This document shows positions 28,726 through 44,300 of a DNA stretch of 64,000 bases, piece by piece. Numbering within the stretch: the stretch's first letter is position 1; every line of letters begins with the position of its first letter. The DNA is from the human T2T-CHM13v2.0 reference genome, Homo sapiens. The stretch lies in assembly GCF_009914755.1 (NCBI RefSeq), contig NC_060929.1. The stretch is one strand, 5' to 3'. A program made the translations under genes and the position numbers. Below the pieces are notes generated by a model that was not told where the DNA came from, made no database searches, and worked only from the letters and a program-made list of their open reading frames with translations.

Positions 28726-29407
28726 GCACGACCAACCCCCATTTCACAGTGTATTTTAACAAAGAAACATACACAGAGCCTTGCTGCCTTTGTGGAATCA
28801 CCAAGGGAAAATAGCTCAGCCAAAGGTACTCTACATAGTTATAATTCTAATTCTGACTAACTTGTTAGGGTTCTCCCTCTGGTGATATATTGTAGAATTT
28901 AAAACATGTTTGCAATAATGCATGCCTTCATCTTCCCTTTAAAAACTGTGTGTGTGTGCATGTCCACGTCATTGTGTCAGAGAATGGGTTTGCCAAATAG
29001 GCCTTTGTAGTCCAGTAGTTTGAACTATTAGATTACTAATAGAAATCTATGAGAAGATTGTTCTTCAGCAAGTTTTCCAGTAAATTATCTCTAGGCAAGA
29101 ATGTAGCAACTGGGTATTTTAAAATGTATTTTTGTAGCAGCTATTGACAAAGTACAGCCTGTATTGCTTAAGAAATTTTAACATGTAGACATCTAAAGTG
29201 CATTGTTGAAATAAAATGATACATACATTCCAAGGGTCAAGGCTGACCAATGTCAGATTTAAGAATGTCAGTTGGCAGAAGTGGAGGAATTTGGGAACTA
29301 GAAAACATGGCTATTTGCTCAGGTTAATTCTGAAATGGGTGGAGGGAGAATCAATGAGCATGTGAATCCAAGCAGTCTTCAGACAGAATTTTTAGCAGTG
29401 CACTCAC

Positions 29408-29549
29408 AGTGAAAGTAAAACCTTTAGAAACTAAAAAATTTAAACATCAAGCTGAACAAATAAATAAAGCAGGAACAAAACTGGCATAGGTCTGGTTTTT
29501 TAAAGAAGAGAACCAAAGCAGGCAGTTCTTAGCTGATCTCCTGGAATTC
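29408..29549 (-). other. Candidate 142-nt internal non-coding exon
   Basis: Minus-strand acceptor tttctttctttcttttactAG| and donor ACT|GTGAGT. Confidence 0.45.
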
Positions 29550-30149
29550 CTAGTAAAAGAAAGAAAGAAAATAAGGGTGCCCACACTGGATTATCAAATC
29601 TGTTTTCTTTTCCTTAGCTCTAGGGCTGTACAGAAGCCTCCATGCTCTTGGATATGTGTGCCACCTCAAACCCAGCCCCTCCCAGACGCTTCAGCCCCTG
29701 AGCTGCACCCCCACCTGGCTCTCCTTCCTCTCTCCGCTACCTGGCTCTCCCTCCCCTCTCTCCTACCTGGCTCTCACTCTCCCCTCCCGTACTGCTGGTC
29801 TGGGTGTTGTCAGTTCTTTCCATTATTATGGGTCTGTCCATGCCACCACCCTGATGCAAGCCCCTACTGTCTGCTGCCCAGCCTGTGGGCAGGAAGGAGC
29901 CCCTGGGATGTAGTAACTAAGCTTCAGGCTCTAGCCAGGGACTACCAGGGTCTCAGCTTGGTTCTAGCACTTACAAGCCAACCAACGCTGGTCCAGTGAT
30001 TCTGTGTCTCAATCTCCTCTTTGGTAAAAGGAGAGGGATGATAGTCCCTGGCCCACAGGGCTGTGTGAGGACTGAAGGAGGCGATGTGTATAAAGGTCAC
30101 AGACCAGTACGTGGCCCAAAGTAGCATGCTCTGTACACACCAGCTACTG

Positions 30150-30760
30150 TTATTTCTTATTATTTCCTTGCTCCCTTTCTTGCCTCCCTTGAATCCATTT
30201 TCCTGCAGTTATCACTTTCAAATAAACTCTGATCATAACACCTTCCTGCTGAAAACACTTGCAAAATTTGCCCGTGATTTTTAGGAACAGCCTAAATCCG
30301 TAAAAAGGCCTCCAAAACTGGGTGTGGCCTGGGCCCTACCTCCTTCTCCAGCCCCATCTTGCACCCTCTCCCCTTTGTTCTCAGAGCTCCAGATGCCTGG
30401 CTGTCTTTCAGTTCTTCAAACTAGAGGAGCTTCCCTCCACCTCAGGGCTTTACACAAGCTGCTTCCTCTGCCCGGAACGCCGACTCATCCTTCCCGTCTC
30501 GGTGCGAGCCTCATCACTTCCTCAGGGAGATCTTGCCCAGCCTCCCTCACTAGGTCAAAGCAGGCTGTGGCACCAATCATACTTCTCCTTCAATGGCGTT
30601 CCTCAGGGTCACCATCTAACACATTTGTGTGGTTACTAGATCAACACCGCTCTCACTGCTACAGTGAAAACTCTGTGAAGGCAGGGAGCATGACTATTTT
30701 TTATTTATTCCAACCCTCAGAGCCTAGAGTAGTTCCTGAAATGCAACAAAGTAGGTGCTT
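30150..30760 (+). mobile_element. L2 3' fragment
   Basis: tctgatcataacaccttcctgctgaaaacactt...cacctcagggctttacacaagctg...aaactctgtgaaggcaggga. Confidence 0.75.
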
Positions 30761-30774
30761 TGAAATAAGGAAGG

Positions 30775-31365
<591 letters not shown>

Positions 31366-32522
31366 TAAGATAGAAGGGAGGGAAGAAAAGAAGGAGAGGG
31401 AAGAAAAATGCATGCTGGTACCCTTGCCTGTTCTGGAGGCCACATTGCCCTGAGGATTTCTGTCAGTCTCCAGGAACCATCTCATTCCATAAGCCTTGTG
31501 TGCTTTTCTCACTTCCTACTGCCTTTGACTCATTAAGGTGTTGATTCTCAATTCAATTCGAATGTTTGTTCTTAGGAAAAATGGTCCTTACATTGGCATG
31601 ATGGTGTGACCTCTGAATGCAGTTTATGGCTTTTTTGTGTGTTTGTTTTATGTACAGACATTTTGTGATTTCAAGAAAGGATAAAGTGATAGGTATGAAG
31701 TTGCAGGGAAAAAAAATTCCATCAACCCAAATCCAAAAGGGTTCCTTGCCCAGCACAGCACAGCAGCTCACTCTCTGGTATTTCTGCCCCCACACTGAGG
31801 AGAGACCCACAGGAGGAGCTCCAGCACAAGCCGATGGCAAAGGAAGGGAAACAATAGGAGGGGAGAACAGCCTCCCACATCCACCATTTCAACCTCTCAG
31901 AGAAAGTACTGAAAGTGAAAGGAGCATGAATAAAGAAGCCATTTCTCTGAACTAAAAGCAGAGGAGAGGGCTCTTCCTCCTGCTGCACATGAGTGAACAA
32001 AGATGGGCTCCAGAAGAACCAGAGGAGAAAGAATGCCAGCGTTGAGAGGAGGTTTTCCCCTTAATCCAACTCCGTTCTTGCATGAGGGAGGCAATGAAAG
32101 GCCAGAGAAGTGAAGGGATTTGCAGAGGACACACCGAGGCGAGCTAGAGGAAAGGAAGTGGGGTTTATTGAGTGACTACTGCTTTGAGCTCCTCCCTGTA
32201 GTTTAGGTATTTTGCTCTGATTGAATCTTACATAACTATATGAAGTAGATTTCATTACCACATTTTACAGAAAAAAAAAAAAAAAAAAACCATGGATACT
32301 CCAAAAGGCCCAGGACGAAGATATAAAGCTGCCCAGTGGAAACACGCTGTGGCTGACACTGCAAAGAATCCCGGCTCAGCCACGTCCTTGTTCTTGTGCA
32401 AGCCAGCGCCCTGCACCTGAAGGCCCTTATGTGGAGGGTGACTACATGCTCTGCCTTGCCTGAGTCAGACCTGGTTTACACCTGTTGTTCGAGTGTCATT
32501 AGTAATAGCACCTCCTCTCTCA

Positions 32523-32670
<148 letters not shown>

Positions 32671-32719
32671 TTTAAATGTAAAAGGTGCCCTGTTTGGGAT
32701 AACGAATTTATTGTGTGAT

Positions 32720-32858
32720 CACCCTACTGTCTATAAAATGGGGATATTAATGTTACCTAGGTCGTGGAGTGGCTGCAAGGACTCAATGAGATGTCGCACA
32801 TAAAATACATGGCATCTAGTCAGTGCTCAATAAATGTTAGCTGCTATTATTATTATTA
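32720..32858 (+). mobile_element. MIR 3' half
   Basis: tctataaaatggggatattaat...gtgctcaataaatgttagctgctattatt. Confidence 0.85.
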
Positions 32859-32924
32859 GGGTGGCATCTAGAGAGGCGGCAGCAAGGAGTGAAGCCAAGC
32901 TTCCCACTTGACATTCCCACCTTG

Positions 32925-32995
32925 GTCTCTGTGAATGATGCTCCCTGTAGTTGTGCAGTGCCAGCCTTTGTGGCTTCAGACTGACCCGGCATGGG
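32925..32995 (+). mobile_element. MER91-like hAT-Tip100 fragment
   Basis: gtctctgtgaatgatgctccctgtagttgtgcagtgc resembles the remembered MER91 core. Confidence 0.5.
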
Positions 32996-33660
32996 CAGCA
33001 CTAGCTACTCTAGATTAGAGACCATATGGGGGCACCACACTTGCCACTTCTACCTCTGCACCAATCAGATTCACCACCTTCTCCTTCTTGGGTTACATTG
33101 TTGGGACTGAATTTTTTTTCTTTTACTGAAAAGTTTAGAGCCCAGATTTCTTAAAGGGGAAGAATGTCAAGCAGCGAATCCTGCAGAGCATCCCTACCCC
33201 TGGCCCCAGCCCATGCTAATTAAGTGACTGACTTAAGGAAGTTGCCTCCTCTTAGAAATTAAGAGGTGGATTGAGTATTTTCCTCTGGCCTCCTTAAATG
33301 TTCTTGGTTACAGTGATAAAAATGCTGAGCTCTATTGCCTACTATTGGAGTGAAGGCTGCTGGAAACTCCTCGTTCCCTGAAGAACCTAATTGTCGATGC
33401 TAGTGCATCTAAACAGGTGTTCTTTAGATTACTTTTGCTAATGCCTTTTCACTGGAAAGATCAATTTAAATGTTGCTTTGAGCTAATTAGTTATTGCTTC
33501 TGTGTTCATCCAAATTTATATATTTGATTCTGTGTGCTGGATGAGGCATTACCTTCAAAATCTATAAGCTTACACAAGGTAGGTCATTTTAAATTTAGTT
33601 ATCTGTCCTCTTCTATATTTTATACAAATATGCATATATTTCTTTTATTATTTAAAATGC

Positions 33661-33975
33661 CACCAGGTGTTGTGGCTCATGCCTGTAATCCTAACACTTT
33701 GGGAGGCTGAGGTGGGTGGGTTGCTTGAGCCCAGGAGTTCGAGACCTGCTTGGGCAACATGGCGAGACCACATCTCTACCAAAAAGAATACAAAAATTAG
33801 CTGGGCATGGTGGTGCATGCCTATAGTCCCAGCTACTTGGGAGGCTGGGGTGGGAGGATCACTTGAGCCCAGGAGGTTAAGACTGCAGTAAGCCTAGATT
33901 GCGCCACTGCACTCCAGCCTGGGTGACAGAGCTGGATTCTGTCCCCAAAAAAATAAAGAAAACAAAAACAAAATG
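33661..33975 (+). mobile_element. AluJb
   Basis: Full Alu; TSD aaatgcc. Confidence 0.93.
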
Positions 33976-35999
33976 AAATGCCTAGTTTAAACATATATTA
34001 GAATGTCCAGCATCATCTTTGGATGTCCTCTATCACCAAGAATGGTGTGTTATACAGAGTATGTGTTGAATGACTATTTGTGGAACAGATAAACTAATAC
34101 CCTAACTTAAATGGCAAACAGATTAGATTTGTTGTCTCTAGGTGTTTTCGTTTGGGAATCCTTTAAATGTTGCCTAAACTTTCTGTGTCTATTCTGTTCT
34201 CTGCCTAGAATTTCCTCCATTTCATCTCTATCTCTGGAAATCTTGCCATTCATTCAAGATTCTCTTCAAATGCCAGTTTCTCCATGAAACCCAGCTTGCA
34301 GTCTCCAACCAGATATCATGGAGTCATTCTTAGAACAAAGGATCTGGAAAGGGCCACGTCTAGTTTTCCAGATTCCACATTACTCCAGGTCTCTGTTACC
34401 TTATCTGGTGGGTATGTGGAGAATGTGAACTGCTTAAAATGAGACAGATGGTATACTCTGCTGAACCCAGTATATTACCTAACTGATAGTAAGTGCTTAA
34501 TGAACGGTAAGTTTATAGTTTGGAAGAAGGATGTTTAAAAAAGAGGGTACACTTGAACCTATTAATAAAAGTAATTAATGTGGCTCTTCAATCAAGCCCC
34601 CAAAACATAGAGCTTTAGAACCTAGAAGTTGTCTGTTCAGACTCTCCTTTTAGAGTCTTAGGATCTTGTTTAAGGTCACCTGGCTGAGGAGGAGCGGAGT
34701 CCAGCCAACAGGTCTCCTGAGTGCTGTTCCAGACATTTCTTCAGGCATAATTTAACATGTATCAGTTTATCCTTGAGTGTAAAGTACACTTCATGATTGA
34801 ATGCAGGTAACTGGCTATTCATACTTCCCCCACCCCCTTTCTTTTAGTGCCTGTTTCTAAGCAGCAGAGTTGTGGTTCAGTGACTCTGTCTGTATAATAT
34901 GAAAACAGGGCACCCAGCCAATTTTGATGAGCTAATTATTTCCCTAAATTATCATGCCTAAGCAAAGGGCCCTCAACTCTGCTGTTCAACACTTATCATT
35001 GTATTTGGGGGGTGAGCTGTACATAAGGCATATCATCAGATAGCTAGAATTTTCTATTTCAGATTGTCAAGCAGTGAAAATTGTCGTTCTTAGAAATGAC
35101 TGACAATCCCCCTTCCTCATTTCTGCTACATTGAGTTAGGTAAAGAAAAAAAAAAAAGACTTCAGTCTTTTTACAGATCTCTTGCTGAAAACACGTGACA
35201 GAACTATACATTTTCACTAGAAATTGATGGAAAAATGAGCACTTCCAAATGCCTGAAAAACTTTGCAAAGGTCCCAATTAACAGAATGTGGCTAACACCT
35301 CAAAAAATAAAACAAAATAAATGTTGCAGTGGGCATGAATCTTGCTTCAAGTGCTGGGTTGTTGGCTGGTTGCCTGGGGAGAGTGGGGCCAGGGCTTGCC
35401 AGCTGGCAGAGCCACATGCCTATAAAGGATGCAGTCAGCTTACACCTTGGCAAACTATGATTTTGATGGAAATCTTAGAGGTCAGCAGACGTTCTCCCTA
35501 GTAGAGTTACGTTAGCTCAGGTCATTGCTTTTATTTGAGTGAAGAAAACATCTTGATGGTCATAATTCATAGGACCAAGTCATTGCCCTGATCTAAACCA
35601 GAGTTTGTTACTGGATCTGAATAGATAGACATACCCTAAAGAAGGCACAGGATGTAATTGAAGGTGGCACTTTCAATTACTAATCCCCAAGTTCAACTAG
35701 TCATGCCACTGAAGCACACCAACTGGCTCATGAGCAAGCACACATCTGCCCCAAAGTCCCACTCAGCAGCCATTGTTTTCAAACTCTGAGCTCCAAAGCT
35801 ACTACCATCCTATTCTCTGATGCTCATTCATATTCTGCTTTGTGTAGTTGTTGTTTTGTTTCTCTTTCATAGATCTGAAGGCAGTATCTCCAAAATAGCT
35901 AGCTTAGTGCTTTTTAGCAAAGGAAAGAACTGCAGAGTGAGATTCTAGATTTCAGAGTCCATGTTGAAAATTATAGCCATTAATATTTTTAATTGACAA

Positions 36000-36440
36000 A
36001 ATACCCATCAGTCTCCCAATGGATTTGTTGGGGTTTTTTTGAAATGGTCTAAACTGATTCTAATATTTATTTTTCTAAATATTAGAATCAATATTGGCAT
36101 GCAAAATAGCCAGAAGAAATACTGTGAAAAAATTCAAAAGACAAATATAGATTCGGAAAAACATTTGCAATACTGTATATGCAACCAGCAAAGGGTCAAT
36201 ATCCTTACTACATAAAAGTGGACAAAGAAAATGATCTAAGAACTTACAGAGGAAGAAATAACTATTTAACATACAAAAGCATTTTGACCTTACTAGTAAT
36301 CAAAAACTACAAATGACAGCCAAATGCCTCTTATCTGTCATACAAGGAAAAATCAGAGTTGTACTGAGTGGTCATTTGACACTTTGATATACTACCCATG
36401 ACAATGAAAAATGATACCACCTTTTGGGGGAACAAATTGT
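36000..36440 (+). mobile_element. Old L1ME fragment; continues at ~40440-40580 beyond the AT array
   Basis: aaaagacaaat...gaaaacatttgcaa...caaagggtcaatatcctta; on the right side aaattggaaagagcctaaat...catccatattattatgcagccat. Confidence 0.6.
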
Positions 36441-36490
36441 CTTTCTTTCTCTGTCTCGCTCTCTCTCTATCTATATAGATTCAGGATCAC

Positions 36491-39400
36491 TATATATATC
36501 TATATATAAATATATATATAAATATATATAAATATATATATAAATATAAATGTATATATAAATATATAAATATATATAAATATATATAAAATATATAAAT
36601 ATATATAAATATATACAAATATATATATAAATATATAAATATATATAAATATATATATAAATATATAAATATATAAAAATATATATATAAATATATATAA
36701 ATATATATATAAACATATATAAATATATATAAATATATATATAAATATATATAAATATATATAAATATATATATAAATATATATAAATATATATATAAAT
36801 ATGTATAAATATATATGAATATATATAAATATGTATAAATATATATGAATATATATATAAATATATGTAAATATATATAAATATATATATAAATATATAT
36901 GAATATATATATAAATATATACAAATATATATGAATATATATATAAATATATAAATATATACAAATATATATGAATATATACATAAATATATATAAATAT
37001 ATATAAATATATATGAATATATATATAAATATATATAAATATATATAAATATATATGAATATATATATAAATATATATAAATATATATGAATATCTATAT
37101 AAATATATATAAATATATATGAATATCTATATAAATATATATAAATATGTATGAATATATATAAATATATATAAATATATATGAATATTTATATAAATAT
37201 ATATAAATATATATGAATATATATGAATATATATGAATATATATATAAATATAGATGAATATATATATAAATATATATAAATATATATGAATATATATAA
37301 ATATATATAAATATATAAGAATATATATAAATATATATAAATATATATGAATATATACATAAATATATATAAATATATATATATAAATATATATAAATAT
37401 ATATAAATATACATAAATATACATGAATATATATATAAATATATATAAATATATAAATATATATATAAATATATATAAATATATATATAAATATATATAA
37501 ATATATATAAATATATAAATATATATAAATATATATATATATAAATATATATCAATATATAAATATATATAAATATATATAAATATATATCAATATATAA
37601 ATATATATAAATATATATAAATATATATAAATATATAAATATATATAAATATATATAAATATATAAATATATATAAATATATAAATAAATGTATAAATAT
37701 ATAAATATATAAATAAATATATAAATATATAAATATAAATAAATATATAAATAAATATATAAATATATAAATATATATAAATAAATATATAAATATATAA
37801 ATATATAAATGTATGAATATATATATAAACATATATAAATATATAAATATATATAAATAAATATATGAACATATAAATATATAAATATATATCAATATAT
37901 AAATATATAAATAAATATATAAATATATAAACATATATATAAATATACAAATATATGAATATATATATAAATATATAAATATATAAAAATATATATAAAT
38001 ATATAAACATATATAAATATTTATAAATATATAAACATATATAAATATATATAAAGATATATAAATATATAGAAATATAAATATAAATATATATAAATAT
38101 ATATAAATATAAATACAAATATATAAACATGTATAAATATATATAAATACATAAAAAATATATAAAAATATATAAAAATATATAAATAAATATATATAAA
38201 TATATCTAAATATATAAATATATATAAATACATATAAATATATATAAACATATATAAATATATATATAAATCTATATAAATCTATGTAAATATATATATA
38301 AATATATATAAATATATATAAATGTATATATAAATATATATGAATATATATAAATATATATAAATATATATATGAATACATATGTAAATATATATAAATA
38401 TATATAAAAATATATAAATATATATATAAATATATAAATATATAAATAAAATATATAAATATATATAAATATATATATAAATATATAAATATATATAAAT
38501 TTATATATACATATATAAATATATATAAATTTATATATAAATATATATGTAGAAATATACAAATATATAATTATATATAAGTATATAAATATGTATATAA
38601 ATATATATAAATATATAAATATATATAAGTACATAAATATATATAAGTATATATATAAATACATAAATATATATAAGTATATAAATATATATATAAATAT
38701 ATAATATATATAACTATTTAAAAATATATATATAAATATATATAACTATTTATAAATATATATAAATATATATAACTATATATAAATATATAACTATATA
38801 TAAATATATATATAAATATATATAAATATATATATAACTATATATAAATATATATAAATATATATAACTATATATAAATATATATATAACTATATATAAC
38901 TATACATAAATATATATATAACTATATATAACTATATATAAATATATATATAAATATATATATAACTATATAAAATATATATATAACTATATAAATATAT
39001 ATAAATATATAACTATGTATAAATATATATAAACATATAACTATGTAGAAATATATATAAATGTATATAAATATATATAGCTATATATAAATATATATAA
39101 ATAAATATAAATAAACATATAAATATATAAATATATATAAATATATATAAATATATAAATATATAAATATATAAATATATATAAATATATATAAATATAT
39201 AGATATATATAACTATTTAAAAATATATATATAAATATATGTAACTAACTATACATAAATATGTATATGTATAACTATATATAAATATATATAACTATAT
39301 ATAAACATATATAAATATATATATAAATATATATATGAATATATATAACTATATATAAATATATATATGAATATATATAACTATATATAAATATATATAT

Positions 39401-40190
39401 GAATATATATAACTATATATAAATATATATAACTATAGATAAATATATATAACTATGTATAAATATATATATAAATATAGATATAACTATATATAAATAT
39501 AGATATAACTATATATAAATATATAAATATATATATAACTATATATAAATATATAAATATATATATAACTATATATAAATATATAAATATATATATAAAC
39601 ATATATATAAATATATATATAAATATATATATAACTATATATAAATATATATATAACTATATATAAATATATATATAACTATATATAAATATATATATAA
39701 ATATATATATAACTATATATAAATATATATATAATTATATATAAATATATATATAAATATATATATATAACCATATATAAATATATATAAAACTATATAT
39801 ATATAACTATATATAAATATACATAAATATATATAACTATATATAAATATATATATGAATATATATGTAACTATATAAATATATATAAATATATAACTAT
39901 GTATAAATATATATAAACATATAACTATGTAGAAATATATATAAATGTATATAAATATATATAGCTATATATAAATATATATAAATAAATATAAATATAT
40001 ATAAATATATATAAATAAATATATAAAATATAAATATATATAAATATATAAATATATATAAATAAATGTATATGAATATATATAAATATATATAAATATA
40101 TATAAATATATATAAATATATATAAATATATATAAATATATAAATATATTAAATATATATAAATATATATAAATATAAATATATAAATAT

Positions 40191-40247
<57 letters not shown>

Positions 40248-40317
40248 AATATATATAAATATATAAATAAATAAATATATAAATACATATAAATATATAT
40301 ATAAATATATATATATA
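36491..40317 (+). repeat. ~3.8-kb AT-rich (TA)n/TAAA micro/minisatellite array
   Basis: Almost pure A/T; units (TA)2-5AA with GAA, AAC and ACT variants. Confidence 0.99.
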
Positions 40318-40361
40318 GAGAGAGAGACTGTCATATAATATGTATATATGACCTCTATGTA

Positions 40362-40438
40362 TGCAGGTCTATATATATCTATATCTATATCTGTATAGAT
40401 ATAGATATAGATATAGATATAGATATAGATATCCTGCA
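40362..40438. repeat. (ATATCT)n/(AGATAT)n inverted microsatellite
   Basis: 18-bp perfect arms 40375-40392 and 40397-40414; outer tgcagg/cctgca pair. Confidence 0.9.
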
Positions 40439-40792
40439 GAAACTCTTCCGAAGGGAACAATCAGATGAGTGTGTAATGGTTTATGTGCAAACAAATTGGA
40501 AAGAGCCTAAATCCTGGCCAACAGAGGACTAATCAAATGAGGTAAACTACATCCATATTATTATGCAGCCATTGTATTTGTAAGAGTATGATCATTTTTT
40601 GGAAAAATATACGTATATATACATATATGTTTACATATTTTTATACATATACACATATGCGTACACACATATATGTTTACATCTTCATGATAGCCATGAT
40701 TTATGCCCTTCCAGAGTGGCTTTCATATGAATGGATTGATAGAGCTTAGTTTTCTGATAATAAATATGAGGGTTTTGTTCAAACGTGCTTAA

Positions 40793-41192
<400 letters not shown>

Positions 41193-43088
41193 TGATGCTT
41201 ATGTGAATACTGCAATGATGAATGCATTTTTTTCTTGCCAGATATCAACCTGGATAAGGTCTTTAGATTTAAATATTAGTCAGTTGAGAAATGGATATAC
41301 ACATACTAATAAGGAAGTTGAATTAGATGAAAACTAACAAGTTTTCCATGCTTTAGGCTGCCTGCATTACGAGTATATACAGGTGACCCTTGACTGACTT
41401 ACCCCTCAGTTGGATATTGAGGGATCATTAGAATTCTAGAACTGATTGTATAATTTCAGATATGTGGAGGAGGGAAAATTGATGAAGTGAAGAATAATAA
41501 GAGAGTAGGTTAAAAAGAAACTGTAAAGAAGTAAAGAAAAAAATACTGTTTTAATGCTATAAAAATTAGTTGGTGGAGGATAGTTTAAAATTATTAAAGT
41601 TGAATATAGTAAATCAAATTACCATTAATATTCGTGAGCACGTGGTTGTGAAAAGATGGATGAAATGACTAGCTAACTGTCTTTTTAATAAGACTATTGG
41701 TAATAGAATCAGTTGTGGCTCATTATTAACTGTATTAACAGAAAATTAGCCTACATGAGCACTTAAAAATATGAGGTTGTTTTAATAGACTGTGGTCCCT
41801 TATCAACATATGTAAAACTTAAAGGTTTATAAACCATTTCTCTTCCCAGAACTAAACTAGATTAGATGATCAATTAATGGCTAAAATGTTATTATATCTC
41901 TTTTTAATATTTCTTGTTAAAAACTTAAATATTCCTGATTCAACTTGTGCTTCTATTTGCCTGATATAATTTGGTCATAATTGGTTTCATTTTGATTGTC
42001 TTTACATTTGGGGTACTTATTATCTTTTCTCTCATCCACTGGGAATGCCAAGCACCAATTTTTGCTACTTAGCAAGTCAGTGAGGAGCTTCCCACTGAGT
42101 GCCTTAATTATTGTTAATTGAATATTGTAAATGATTTTTCAGGATCACCATCCTGGCAATCCACATAGCATTTTTCTCAGTTAGCAAAAGTTAAAGCACC
42201 AAGTGTCCCTTCTACCCCTTACCATACAGTCATCAAATCCAGTACCAGCAGTAACCAGTTCCTGTATAAACGAGCCTTCTCTTTTCAAATGTCACATCAT
42301 GTATATGCTTCATACGACACTTAGAACATGGTGGCTGCTCAATGAATATTAAACGACAGCTGTCCTTTTATATAGAAGGAGTCCCAGTTCCAGTCTGAGA
42401 GGAAACATTCAATTTCCCTTTCCAGAGCTCTCACGGTTCATCTCATGTAGCATGGCATGCCCGGTACCCCAGGGTAGCACTCTCCCATTTACAGGCTCCA
42501 GGACAAAGCTTTCTAGAACTTTTTGCTGCTGTATCATCAAAAGGAAGCAAAAAAGTAGTAAATAAAGAGCTTCAGAAGATCCGAGAGTATTGGAAATGCT
42601 ACAGGCAACAAACTGGAGTGACTGAGCCAGCCTTCTTATGTACTTCTTGCCTTACAATACACAATAAAAAAGAAATGAGAAATGTATGACCTGCCTTTTC
42701 AGCTTTTCAACTGTGTCTTCAACTTTGGAGGGGGCTGGGGGCTAAGGCTTCAATGGAATGAAGTTGTGTTGGAGGTTGGTTTTAGCTACATAAAATTTTG
42801 CCTTCTTAATGATTTGTTTTCTGGCCCAGTCAATGAAATTTCAACCACTGTTATGAAATCAAGACCAGAAGAAGCCTTGAGACATAATTTAGAGTCTTCT
42901 TCCCTATCAAGGCAGCCCACAGATCAACACAGAAAGAAGAGAATCTGTCTTAGAGAGACAGGCTTCCACAGGCTGTGATTGTAACCTATTCTATAAATGA
43001 CATTTTCTGCCTGGACTTTCCTCTTATATGTAGCCACTTGCTATTAAGTTTGGCAGGTCTTAGATTTAGAAACAAATTCAAGGCCCAC

Positions 43089-43463
43089 TGTCTTAGTCCC
43101 TTCCCACTGTTTATAACAATATACCTTAGACTAGATAATTTGTAAACAACAGAAATGTATTGCTCACTGTTCTAGAGGCTGGGAAGTCCAAGATCAAGGC
43201 ACCAGCAGAGTCAGTATCTGGTGAGGGCTGCTCTCTCTGCTTCAAAGATGGTTCCTCCTTGCTGCATCCTCATGTGGTGGAAGGGGAGAACAAGCTGCCT
43301 TTGTCTTCTTTTATAAGGGCACTAATCCCATTCATGAGGGCTCTGCCCTTATGTCCTAATCACCTCCTAAAGGCCCCACTGCTTAACACTGGTGCACTGG
43401 GGATCAGGTTTTAACATCTGAATTTGGGGAGTGGTGGGGCATACAAACATTCAGACAATACCA
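43089..43463 (-). mobile_element. MaLR solo LTR (MLT1A/MSTD-like)
   Basis: tgtcttagtc...gaggctgggaagtccaagatcaagg...taatcacctcctaaaggcccc; TSD cccac. Confidence 0.88.
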
Positions 43464-43739
43464 CCCACTTTTAGCAAGTTTCTAGTGTTGAGTGTTACAG
43501 ACTACGTGGTACTAATTTTGTCCCTGTGAAATAGGGACAAATTCTCTTTTTTTCCCCATTTGCCTACATTTCTCAACTGTTTGATCCTTTTATATTGTAC
43601 ATAGTTGTGTAAATCACCTCAAATCTTTTGTTATAGAGACAGGTAAGAATTAATACATGATTGAATAAATAAAACAATAAAACATGCCCTCAGGCCGCAG
43701 TTTAAGGGCATTTTTGCTGGTTCTGAAGGAAAGCTGGTC

Positions 43740-44300
43740 CTCATTAGTAATCAGAGCCTGCCTGTGCCTCAGCCCTTTCTGATGAGCAATGCTCTGACCA
43801 CACCCTTTTACCTCCCACCCATCATCTGCTTTGGTGAATTGGACCAGTGGTGGGCACCTGACCTAAGGGCCACCGTTGCATTGGCCAGACAATGGTCTAA
43901 AATGCAACCTGACTCCAGTAGGTGAACTGGGCCAATCACAGTCATGCTCCTGAGAGCTTAAGTGCAGCAAGAATATGCTAGGTAGTAGTGGTGAGCTGAA
44001 ACTGAAGGGTCTTGGTTGGAGAGGGGCCCGAGAGGCTGTAATGAATGCCATGTGTAAGCTGGTTATGAGGGAGCAGAAGCCATGAGGAAGCCAAGAAACT
44101 AGTCAGAAAGGAGAGGAGGATGAGTCAGGGTGGCCCCAGAGACAGACGGGAGAACAGCCAGACCCAGAGCTGCCACTGTTTCTGGAGGCTTCCACATCTG
44201 CCCAGTCCACAAATTCTCCGGTAAATCTCCCAGTAAATCTCTCATTTTTCCAAGGTGACCTGAGAGAGTCTATATTGTTTGCAGTCAGGAGTCTTGGTAT
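43740..44300 (+). mobile_element. Ancient MaLR/ERVL LTR remnant
   Basis: gattgg-like motif, gggcacctgacctaag, tgggccaatca, ending gtttgcagtcaggagtc. Confidence 0.45.

Noticed and set aside
36491-40317. TA array as a PATRR-type long palindrome
   Set aside because: The A-bias stays on the same strand throughout, so there is no central inversion
36471-40460. Many long Y/I/F/L-rich ORFs (up to 263 aa)
   Set aside because: Translation of the TA array; the T-rich strand lacks stop codons by composition
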